Of a stretch of 64,000 nt of DNA, positions 25,527-33,172 are shown piece after piece. A model generated the notes under the pieces. The model was given only the letters and a program-made list of their open reading frames with translations, was not told the DNA's origin and ran no database searches. The translations under genes and the position numbers were made by a program. The stretch spans positions 1-64,000 of the forward strand of contig SCQK01000014.1 of the NCBI GenBank assembly GCA_004321885.1, in the 5' to 3' direction. Origin of the DNA: Patescibacteria group bacterium (GTDB taxonomy: Bacteria > Patescibacteriota > Patescibacteriia > Magasanikbacterales > GWA2-37-8). The number at the start of each line of letters is the position of its first letter. Position 1 is the stretch's first letter.

Positions 25527-26774
25527 ATGCGAATAAAAAATATTCAGGCGCGGGAAATTTTGGACTCAAGGGGTAATCCGACTGTTGAGGCCAAGGTAAT
25601 ATTGGAGAATGGAATAATTGGTTCGGCCAAGGCGCCATCGGGCGCTTCCACGGGCTCGCACGAAGCCCTGGAGCTTCGCGACGGCGGCAAGCGCTATGGC
25701 GGCAAGGGTGTGCTCAAAGCCGTAAAAAATGTGAGCGCCGAAATCGCGCCGGCTTTGCGCGGCGCGCCAGTTTTTGATTTGCCGGCGCTGGACAAAAAAA
25801 TAATAGAGTTGGACGGCACGCAAAATAAATCGCGGTTGGGAGCAAACGCAATGTTACCGGTTTCCATGGCGGCTGCGCGCGCCGGCGCTCTTTGCGCCAA
25901 GGCGCCGCTTTACAAATACCTCCGCCAGATATACAAAATTTCCGAGCGCGGGTACAGACTGCCGATTCCGACCATGAATATCCTAAACGGCGGGCGCCAC
26001 GCGGACAATGGCTTGTCGGTGCAAGAGTTCATGATTATTCCCCGGCATAAGCTTTTTCGCGAACGGGTGCGCATGGGCTCGCAAATTTTTCATGCCCTGG
26101 CCAGTTTGCTTAGTCAGAAAGGCTATGCCACGTCGGTGGGCGATGAGGGTGGCTACGCGCCCGAACTGCTCAACAACGAGCGCGCCCTAACGGTGATAAT
26201 GGAAGCAATAAAGTATTGCGGCTGGGAGCCTGGCAAACACGTATGGCTGGGGTTGGATGTGGCCGCATCGGAATTTTACCAGCGCGGCCAATATTATTTT
26301 ATCGGCAAAAAACAGGGCTGGCGTCCGGAAAAGATGCTCGCCACTTTAGCCCAGTGGGTAAAAAAATATCCGATTATTTCCATAGAAGACGGTTTAGCCG
26401 AAGATGATTGGGCGAATTGGCAAGAGCTGACGCGGCAGTTGGGCAGGAAAATCACGCTCATTGGCGACGACCTGTTTGTCACAAACAGCACGCGCCTGGA
26501 AAAGGGCATTCGGCTGGGCGTGGCCAACGCCATACTGATAAAATTAAATCAAATCGGCACCGTGAGCGAAACCATTGAAACAATAAAGCTGGCCAAGAAG
26601 CATAGCTACCAAATTTCCGTTTCGCACCGCAGCGGCGAAACTTCGGATACTTTTATTTCGGATTTAGCCGTGGCCGTAAACGCGGAATTTATCAAGGCCG
26701 GTTCGCTTTCACGTTCTGAAAGGGTGGAGAAATATAATAGGCTTATGGAAATAGAAGCCGAGTTGGGAATTTAA
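25527..26774 (+). CDS. eno: Enolase
   Basis: MRIKNIQAREILDSRGNPTVEA N-terminus and the SHRSGETSDTFI active-site region; the internal ATG at 25527 is preferred over the track start. Confidence 0.9.
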   Translation: MRIKNIQAREILDSRGNPTVEAKVILENGIIGSAKAPSGASTGSHEALELRDGGKRYGGKGVLKAVKNVSAEIAPALRGAPVFDLPALDKKIIELDGTQNKSRLGANAMLPVSMAAARAGALCAKAPLYKYLRQIYKISERGYRLPIPTMNILNGGRHADNGLSVQEFMIIPRHKLFRERVRMGSQIFHALASLLSQKGYATSVGDEGGYAPELLNNERALTVIMEAIKYCGWEPGKHVWLGLDVAASEFYQRGQYYFIGKKQGWRPEKMLATLAQWVKKYPIISIEDGLAEDDWANWQELTRQLGRKITLIGDDLFVTNSTRLEKGIRLGVANAILIKLNQIGTVSETIETIKLAKKHSYQISVSHRSGETSDTFISDLAVAVNAEFIKAGSLSRSERVEKYNRLMEIEAELGI

Positions 26775-26786
26775 TTTAAAAAATTC

Positions 26787-28331
26787 ATGCAGAAAAATAA
26801 AAAAACTACGTTACTTGTCATCATGGACGGCTGGGGGATAGCTGACCCAAAAAATAAAGGCAATCCCGTAACGCCCAAAACCGCGCCCAATTATTTTGCC
26901 TGGTTGAAAAAATATCCCAATACAAAATTGGACGCCAGCGGCGCTTCGGTGGGCCTGTTCAAAGGCGAAGAAGGAAACAGCGAAGCCGGCCATCTCAATT
27001 TGGGCGGGGGCCGCGTGGTAAGGCAAGACGCGCTGTATATTTCCGACGCCATTTCTGACGGCACTTTTTTCAAAAACAACGCCTTTGCCCAGGGCCTGCA
27101 CCATGTAAAAAAATACAATACCGCGGTTCACTTAATGGGTTTGCTTTCCAATCACAACAGCGCCCACTCCTCGCCCGAGCATTTGCTCGCGCTTTTAGAA
27201 TTATTCAGGCGGGAGAAAATAAAAAATGTATATTTGCATCTGTTCACCGACGGTCGCGACAGCGGCCAGCACGACGCGCCGGCGCATTTTGCCAAACTGG
27301 AAAAGCATTTGGGCCAGGCAGTCGTGGCCACGGTAATGGGCCGGTTTTATTCAATGGACAGAAACAAAAAATGGGAGCGCACGAAATTGGCGTATGAAGC
27401 GATGGCGCTCGGCAGGGGCCGGCCGGCCAAAAGCGCCCAAGACGCCATCGCCCAGGCGTACAATTTAGGCGAAACCGATGAATTCATAAAACCCACGGTC
27501 ATTATGTGCGGAGACAAGCCGCTCGCGACAATAAAAGACAATGACGTGGTCTTTTTTTTCAACTTGCGCAGCGACCGGGCGCGTCAAATCACCAAAACTT
27601 TTGTTCAGCCTAATTTCAAGCAGGCCAACCCGGGCGCTTTCGTCCGCGCCAATTTTCCCGGAAACACGCGCTTTGTGGCCATGACTGATTTTGGTCCGGA
27701 CTTGCCGGGAATTTTTACCGCCTTTCCCAGCCGCGATGTGGAAAACAGCCTTACGCAAATTCTTTGTCCCAGGCGTCAGCTTTACATCGCCGAATCGGAA
27801 AAATTTGCCCACATCACCTACTTTTTCAATGGCGGCTATGCCCAGCATTTTTGCGACGAGCGCTGGGTAAAAATAGAATCGCCCGAGGTGAACAGCTATG
27901 CTCAAAAACCCGAGATGAGCGCTAAAATCGTGGGCGATTATGTGGTCGGCGCTTTGGAATCCGGGGAATTTGAATTTATCGCGGTCAATTTTGCCAATCC
28001 GGATATGGTGGGCCACACCGGCAATTTTGAAGCCGGACAAATCGCCGTCAGTACAGTTGACAAAGAGGTGGCGCGGCTGGTAAAAATAGTAGAGAAAAAC
28101 CGGGGGCAAGCCCTGATAACGTCCGACCATGGTAACATAGAAGAGATGATTGATTTGGAGACTGGCGAAGTGGACACTGAACATTCCACCAATCCGGTGC
28201 CGGTTATTCTGGCCGGAACGCGCGCCCAGCGCAAATTGCCCAGGGGTAAATTGGCGAACGTGGCGCCGACAATTTTAAGAATGATGGACATAGATAAACC
28301 CGCCGAGATGAGCGGCAAGAGTTTAATTTAA
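26787..28331 (+). CDS. gpmI: 2,3-bisphosphoglycerate-independent phosphoglycerate mutase, copy 1
   Basis: LLVIMDGWGIADP...NSEAGHLNLGGGRVV and C-terminal ITSDHGN...EHSTNPVP metal-binding motifs. Confidence 0.85.
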   Translation: MQKNKKTTLLVIMDGWGIADPKNKGNPVTPKTAPNYFAWLKKYPNTKLDASGASVGLFKGEEGNSEAGHLNLGGGRVVRQDALYISDAISDGTFFKNNAFAQGLHHVKKYNTAVHLMGLLSNHNSAHSSPEHLLALLELFRREKIKNVYLHLFTDGRDSGQHDAPAHFAKLEKHLGQAVVATVMGRFYSMDRNKKWERTKLAYEAMALGRGRPAKSAQDAIAQAYNLGETDEFIKPTVIMCGDKPLATIKDNDVVFFFNLRSDRARQITKTFVQPNFKQANPGAFVRANFPGNTRFVAMTDFGPDLPGIFTAFPSRDVENSLTQILCPRRQLYIAESEKFAHITYFFNGGYAQHFCDERWVKIESPEVNSYAQKPEMSAKIVGDYVVGALESGEFEFIAVNFANPDMVGHTGNFEAGQIAVSTVDKEVARLVKIVEKNRGQALITSDHGNIEEMIDLETGEVDTEHSTNPVPVILAGTRAQRKLPRGKLANVAPTILRMMDIDKPAEMSGKSLI

Positions 28332-28335
28332 TTTA

Positions 28336-28379
28336 CCCCCTCCTGTCCCCCCCTTATTAAGGGGGAGGGAGGTTAGGGG
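28336..28379. repeat. Family A C/G palindromic element between the two gpmI copies
   Basis: CCCCCTCCTGTCCCCCCC-ttattaa-GGGGGAGGGAGGTTAGGGG. Confidence 0.55.
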
Positions 28380-28387
28380 TATATATT

Positions 28388-29965
28388 ATGTCTCGTCCAG
28401 TAGTATTGGCGATTTTAGACGGCTGGGGCGTGGCTCCGGCCAGCGAAGGCAACGCGGTAACGCGGGCGAACGCGCCCAATTTTTTGAAATACTTGAAGGA
28501 TTACCCCACCATGACCATTTACGCCGCCGGCAACGAGGTCGGTTTGCTTTTCGGCGAGATGGGCAATTCGGAAGTGGGGCATTTGAACATCGGCGCCGGC
28601 CGCGTTTATTATCAAACTTGCCCCCGCATCAACAAAGAAATAGCCGAGGGCGGTTTTTTTGAAAACCGCGCCTTTATGGCGGCCATAGAAAAAGTAAAAC
28701 AAACCAACGGGCGCCTGCACCTTATCGGCCTGGTTTCTTCGGGCAATGTTCATTCCAGCAACGAGCATTTGTACGCGCTTTTGGAATTGTGCCGTAGGCA
28801 AAAATTGGAGCAGACCCGGGTCGCGATTCACGTAATTTTGGACGGCCGCGATTGCACGTATAATTCTGGCAAGGATTTTGTGGCCGAGCTTAATAAAAAA
28901 ATGAAAGAGCTTAAAGTCGGTGTCATTGCCTCGGTCTGCGGCCGTTTTTTCGCCATGGACAGGGACAACCGCTGGGACAGGGTGGAAAAGGCCTACAAAG
29001 CGATGGCGAGCGGCGAGGCCGAAAGATATTCCGAAGACCCGCTGGAAGCGATAAAAATTTCTTATGAGCAAAAGAATTTTGACGAAGAATTCACGCCGAC
29101 CGTCATCGTGAAAAACGGCGAGCCGGCGGCGCCGGCGCGCGGCGGCGACGCGGCGATTTTTTTCAACTTTCGCGCCGACCGCGCGCGCCAACTCACGCAG
29201 GCTTTTGTGGTGCCGTCGTTTAACAAATTTCCCAAAAAACCCCTCAATGATTTTTTGTTTGTGACCATGAGCGAGTATGAAAAAGAAACGCCGGTGCTGG
29301 TGGCCTATGCCCCGCAGATAGTGCCGAATTGCCTGGCTGAGGTTATAAGTCGTGCCGGACTAAAACAATTTCATATAGCTGAAACCGAAAAGTACGCGCA
29401 CGTTACTTTTTTTCTGAACGGCACGGTGGAACAGCCCTTTCCGGGCGAAGAGCGTTTGCTGGTGCCGTCGCCGCATGTTTCCAGCTATGCCGAGGTGCCG
29501 CAGATGTCGGCCGTGGAAGTAGCCAAAGAAACAATAAAAGCCATTGCGAGCAAAAAGTATGATTTTATCGTGGTGAATCTGGCGAACCCTGATATGGTGG
29601 GGCACACTGGGGTGTTGGATGCCGGCATCAGGGCTTGCGAGGTGAGCGACAAGTGCTTGGGGGAAATCGCGGACCAGGCGCTGGCGCAAGACGGGATGCT
29701 TTTAATAACGGCGGACCACGGCAATGTGGAGGAGATGCTCAACTTGCAGACTGGGGAGATAGACAAAGAACATTCCACCAATCCGGTGCCGTTTATAGTG
29801 GTGGCCAAAGAATTTTTGGGCCAGGCCGGCTCATCCGGCGACGCGCCTGAGGGCGATTTGAGTCTAATGCATCCGGTGGGGGTCTTGGCCGATGTGGCGC
29901 CAACGATTTTGAAATTGATGGGGTTGCCCCAGCCGCCCGAGATGACTGGCCAGCCGTTAATCTAG
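28388..29965 (+). CDS. gpmI: 2,3-bisphosphoglycerate-independent phosphoglycerate mutase, copy 2 (divergent tandem paralog)
   Basis: VLAILDGWGVAP...NSEVGHLNIGAGRV and ITADHGN...EHSTNPVP; the same iPGM motifs as the preceding gene with clearly different sequence. Confidence 0.85.
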   Translation: MSRPVVLAILDGWGVAPASEGNAVTRANAPNFLKYLKDYPTMTIYAAGNEVGLLFGEMGNSEVGHLNIGAGRVYYQTCPRINKEIAEGGFFENRAFMAAIEKVKQTNGRLHLIGLVSSGNVHSSNEHLYALLELCRRQKLEQTRVAIHVILDGRDCTYNSGKDFVAELNKKMKELKVGVIASVCGRFFAMDRDNRWDRVEKAYKAMASGEAERYSEDPLEAIKISYEQKNFDEEFTPTVIVKNGEPAAPARGGDAAIFFNFRADRARQLTQAFVVPSFNKFPKKPLNDFLFVTMSEYEKETPVLVAYAPQIVPNCLAEVISRAGLKQFHIAETEKYAHVTFFLNGTVEQPFPGEERLLVPSPHVSSYAEVPQMSAVEVAKETIKAIASKKYDFIVVNLANPDMVGHTGVLDAGIRACEVSDKCLGEIADQALAQDGMLLITADHGNVEEMLNLQTGEIDKEHSTNPVPFIVVAKEFLGQAGSSGDAPEGDLSLMHPVGVLADVAPTILKLMGLPQPPEMTGQPLI

Positions 29966-29967
29966 AA

Positions 29968-29995
29968 TCCCTCCCAAGGGGAGAGAGGGTGGGGT
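29968..29995. repeat. Family A C/G palindromic element in the convergent gap between gpmI-2 and the DHH gene (probable bidirectional terminator)
   Basis: TCCCTCCC-aa-GGGGAGAGGGTGGGGTTTATT. Confidence 0.5.
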
Positions 29996-31141
29996 TTATT
30001 CAGCGGCTATTTGCCTTCTAATCGTTTCCATCACCTCTCTTTCCACCTCTTTCAACGTCTTGTTTTTGATAAAAAAGGAGGCGGTTTTATTGTTGCCGTC
30101 GGGCTTAAACGGCGCCAGGAGCTGTTTGGCGTTATACTGTTTGTCGGCGGTTAACGTCACTTTGTATTTGCCCACGCTTTCAGGCTCTTCGTAAATTATC
30201 AGAATCAGCCGCGCTTCGGGCGAGTTGGCGATGAGGTCCTCGGTTAGGCCGGTCAGCTCGTCGGGTGTGGCGCCCGAGCGGATAAATTCTTCGCGCGTGA
30301 CGTTGGTCCAGACCAACCCCAGGCGGCTGTCATTTTCCAGGTGCGACAAAGCTTGCCCCCACAGTTTGAGAGAGGAAAGCGGCTTGGCCAGATACAAAAA
30401 GCGGATAATTTTTTCCCGGTCCGCGCCCATATCTATCAGCTTGCTGGCCAAGCTTAAAGTATAGGGGGTAACGTTGGATGATTTGAAGCTTTGCGTGTGG
30501 GAAATCATTCCGGTAAGAAGGGCCGTGGCGATGTTCTCGTCTATGTAGGCTTCGCCCAATTTTTCCAAGGATTTATAGATGACTTCGCAGGTGGAAGTGG
30601 CGGTGATTTCCACGAAGTTCAGCTGGCCGAAGTGTTCGTTGGACGGGTGGTGGTCAAAGTTGACAATGGGCGCGGCGTAGAATAGGTCGGTGTTGCTAAA
30701 AAAAATCGAACCCAAAGATTCCAAGTCCTGGGCGCTGACCGCTATAATGGCGTCATATTTGAAAGCTGATTGCGCGGTACGCAGTTCGTTTTTGGTGATG
30801 ACGCCAGTTTTTGGCGTGAGGTAAATGGAAAGCCATTCGTCTTTTACGTCGTAGCTTATGGTGTCTATCTTGGCCTTGGAAACATCCACTTTGATGATAA
30901 ATTTTTGTAGGTTGGTGATTTCGTCCTTGATTTGTTCTATGCCGTGCAAAAAGCGCAAATTTTTGGGCGCGCTAAAATCCGAGGCCACTATGTCGGCCTG
31001 CTTGTTTTGTTTTTGCAGAAAATATTTCCAGGCCAGGGCGCCGCAAACAGCGTCGGTATTGTTTTTAGCGTTAAAAACAATCAGGAAGTGTTTGCTGTTG
31101 TTTATCAGCTGGTGTAGTTGTTGGATTTCATCAAAAGCCAT
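29996..31141 (-). CDS. DHH-family phosphoesterase (NrnA-like nanoRNase / pAp phosphatase)
   Basis: NFDHHPSN DHH motif with typical flanking architecture; it is convergent with gpmI copy 2. Confidence 0.65.
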   Translation of the reverse strand: MAFDEIQQLHQLINNSKHFLIVFNAKNNTDAVCGALAWKYFLQKQNKQADIVASDFSAPKNLRFLHGIEQIKDEITNLQKFIIKVDVSKAKIDTISYDVKDEWLSIYLTPKTGVITKNELRTAQSAFKYDAIIAVSAQDLESLGSIFFSNTDLFYAAPIVNFDHHPSNEHFGQLNFVEITATSTCEVIYKSLEKLGEAYIDENIATALLTGMISHTQSFKSSNVTPYTLSLASKLIDMGADREKIIRFLYLAKPLSSLKLWGQALSHLENDSRLGLVWTNVTREEFIRSGATPDELTGLTEDLIANSPEARLILIIYEEPESVGKYKVTLTADKQYNAKQLLAPFKPDGNNKTASFFIKNKTLKEVEREVMETIRRQIAAE

Positions 31142-31240
31142 GTATTTTTTAGCTAACTTAACACAAACTTCCCGCGCAAAGGCGAGAGAATATAGAAGTT
31201 TATCATAATAGAGCCAAAAGTCAACCTTGACACGATGTCG

Positions 31241-31342
31241 CTGGCTCCATGCTGTGCGTGGAGCCAGAGTGCATTACGGCTCCATAGTCCCCGACTTAGT
31301 CGGGGCTGTGGAGCCAGCGAAGAATGGCGCCCTGGGCGCCAT
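31241..31342. repeat. Cluster of three GC-rich hairpins with reused stem sequence (CTGGCTCCA/TGGAGCCAG twice; nested CCCCGAC/GTCGGGG; ATGGCGCC/GGCGCCAT)
   Basis: Perfect inverted repeats read from the sequence in the 330-nt gap between the minus-strand DHH gene start and the truncated MTase. Confidence 0.5.
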
Positions 31343-31471
31343 AAGCCGCTGCGAACACATCCAGTCCGCGCGAGCGCCGTTCAAATTTCTTCAGCCCGGC
31401 AATCACTAAGCATTTGCTTTTTTCCCTTTTTTTTAGTAAAATAAAGCCTACGAAATACAGTAATTCAACCT

Positions 31472-31861
31472 ATGGGAAAGGAAAATATTAAACCAAAAGC
31501 AGACAGGAATCGCACAATAACGTTAAATGATTTAGATGTCTGCTATCTTAAGAAGCGGTTAATAAAGCTGGATAAGCCCGTGTCTTTTTCGGAAATAGAA
31601 AATAAGACTATCCATCAAGATATATTTGAAGCCCTTGATTATCTGCCTGAAAAATTTGTCGATTTGGTTTTTGTTGATCCGCCATACAATCTCAATAAGA
31701 CTTTTAATTTTACCTCGTTTAAGGCGATGGATTCGGAAAAATACGAAGAATGGCTTGATTCTTGGTTAAAAAAAATTGTTCGTTTATTAAAACCGCACGC
31801 GTCGGTTTATATCTGTGGCGACTGGAAATCTTCGGGGGCGATTTTTAATGTGGCGAATTAA
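31472..31861 (+). pseudogene. Truncated N-terminal fragment of a beta-class DNA amino-methyltransferase
   Basis: Contains motif IV FVDPPYNL and the following helix, then stops after 129 aa; no FxGSGTT motif I occurs downstream in any frame. Confidence 0.6.
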
Positions 31862-31865
31862 AATT

Positions 31866-32537
31866 ATGAATAGTACAAACAAAAAATTGAGTTATACTGA
31901 TGCCGCGTACGAAATTCTCAAACAGACCAATGAAGCATTATCGTCAGTAGAATTAGTGGATATTGCCTTAACGAAAGGCACACTCGAAACAAAAGGGAAG
32001 ACGCCTGAAGCGACAATGGGTGCGTCTCTATATTTGGAGTGCCAAAGAAGAAACAATGAATCACGATTTGTTAAGGTGGGGAGAGATAAATGGGCTTTGT
32101 CGGAATGGGGTAAAAAAGCTATCCAAGTTGAAATTGAAAAATACGATAAGGCGACTCAAGAAATTCAATTAAAAATTCGTAAAACAATTGTTGGCGATCC
32201 GTTAAATTTTGACGGGCTACAATACGCGCCCATAAATGAACAAGGTGTGGTTTTTCTTTTTGGGAAGTTGCATAAGGAGTTGGGGATAATAGTTGAGGCG
32301 ATACAAACAGGATTCCCAGATGCAAAGGGACGTAAGAAAATACGAGCCGGTTGGCAAGAGATAGCAATTGAGTTTGAGTATCGCAGTTCTAATTTTTTGT
32401 CTCATAAGCACGAGATTCAACACTGTGATTTGATTGTATGTTGGATGCACGATTGGAAAGAGTGCCCGTTAGAAGTAGTTGAGTTGAAGTCAATTATTGA
32501 AAAGAAATTAAAAAATGGAGATGAACAAAATTTTTGA
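31866..32537 (+). CDS. HARE-HTH domain protein; likely the N-terminal part of a frameshifted restriction endonuclease
   Basis: N-terminus LSYTDAAYEILKQTNEALSSVELV...GKTPEATMGASLY...RFVKVGRDKWALSEW matches the HARE-HTH fold; its C-terminus overlaps the next ORF in another frame at an A6 run. Confidence 0.5.
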   Translation: MNSTNKKLSYTDAAYEILKQTNEALSSVELVDIALTKGTLETKGKTPEATMGASLYLECQRRNNESRFVKVGRDKWALSEWGKKAIQVEIEKYDKATQEIQLKIRKTIVGDPLNFDGLQYAPINEQGVVFLFGKLHKELGIIVEAIQTGFPDAKGRKKIRAGWQEIAIEFEYRSSNFLSHKHEIQHCDLIVCWMHDWKECPLEVVELKSIIEKKLKNGDEQNF

Positions 32538-33156
32538 AGAAAAATATAGGAAAAGAATTGAAGGAAATATCAAAAGGTTGCTTAATATTAATTTTAGTAT
32601 TCTCAAAATTGAACGACCATGGGCTGTTGGAGATTTTTTTGGAAATGACTTTGAAAAAATTTTTGGCAATTTAGGATTAAATTATTCGTTGTCTTTCGCC
32701 CGTCGCGCCATGGCCGATTTGGCGTTTACGGATAAAAACGGATTTTATTATGTCGTTGACGTAAAAACGCACCGGCTTGACACAAAATTCAATATGCCCA
32801 ATCTGACTTCGGTAGAACGGCTGGCGCGATTTTACGAGGAAGATGCCAATTATTTTTCTATCCTTAAGGTTGATTACCTTGCCAATGGAACGCGGGCTGA
32901 AATTAAAAAAGTCACTTTCGCGCCGATTGAATTTTTTGATTGGAGTTGTCTGACTATCGGCACGTTGGGATGGGGCCAAATTCAAATCGCGAACGCGAAT
33001 GTCGTAAAAATAGCACACAAAAACAGTCGGAAAAAATGGATGCTGGATTTATGCGATACGATGTTGGATTTTTATCCAAAGGAGATAGGAAAAATACATG
33101 AGAGGGTAGAACATTTCAAGAAAGTGAGGAAATTTTGGGAGAAGAAGACGAGTTAA
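32515..33156 (+). CDS. PD-(D/E)xK-type restriction-endonuclease-like protein (possible C-terminal part of a split gene)
   Basis: FTDKNGFYYVVDVKTH fits a PD...(D/E)xK core; the ORF overlaps the HARE-HTH ORF by 23 nt in a different frame. Confidence 0.45.
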   Translation: MEMNKIFEEKYRKRIEGNIKRLLNINFSILKIERPWAVGDFFGNDFEKIFGNLGLNYSLSFARRAMADLAFTDKNGFYYVVDVKTHRLDTKFNMPNLTSVERLARFYEEDANYFSILKVDYLANGTRAEIKKVTFAPIEFFDWSCLTIGTLGWGQIQIANANVVKIAHKNSRKKWMLDLCDTMLDFYPKEIGKIHERVEHFKKVRKFWEKKTS

Positions 33157-33172
33157 AAACGGAAATGCCAGT

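Noticed and set aside
31270-31300. Possible RNase P RNA (GGCTCCATAG resembles the GGGCUCCAUAG of the P4 region)
   Set aside because: No AGGAAAGUCCGG upstream partner, no ACAGAAUCCGGCUUA-like 3' element, and the region is far too short; the resemblance is limited to one 10-mer.
31227-31444. ORFs 31227..31409 and 31235..31444 in the gap before the truncated MTase
   Set aside because: They run through the stacked GC hairpins, are Ala/Arg/Ser-rich and lack start-context signals; treated as non-coding structured sequence.
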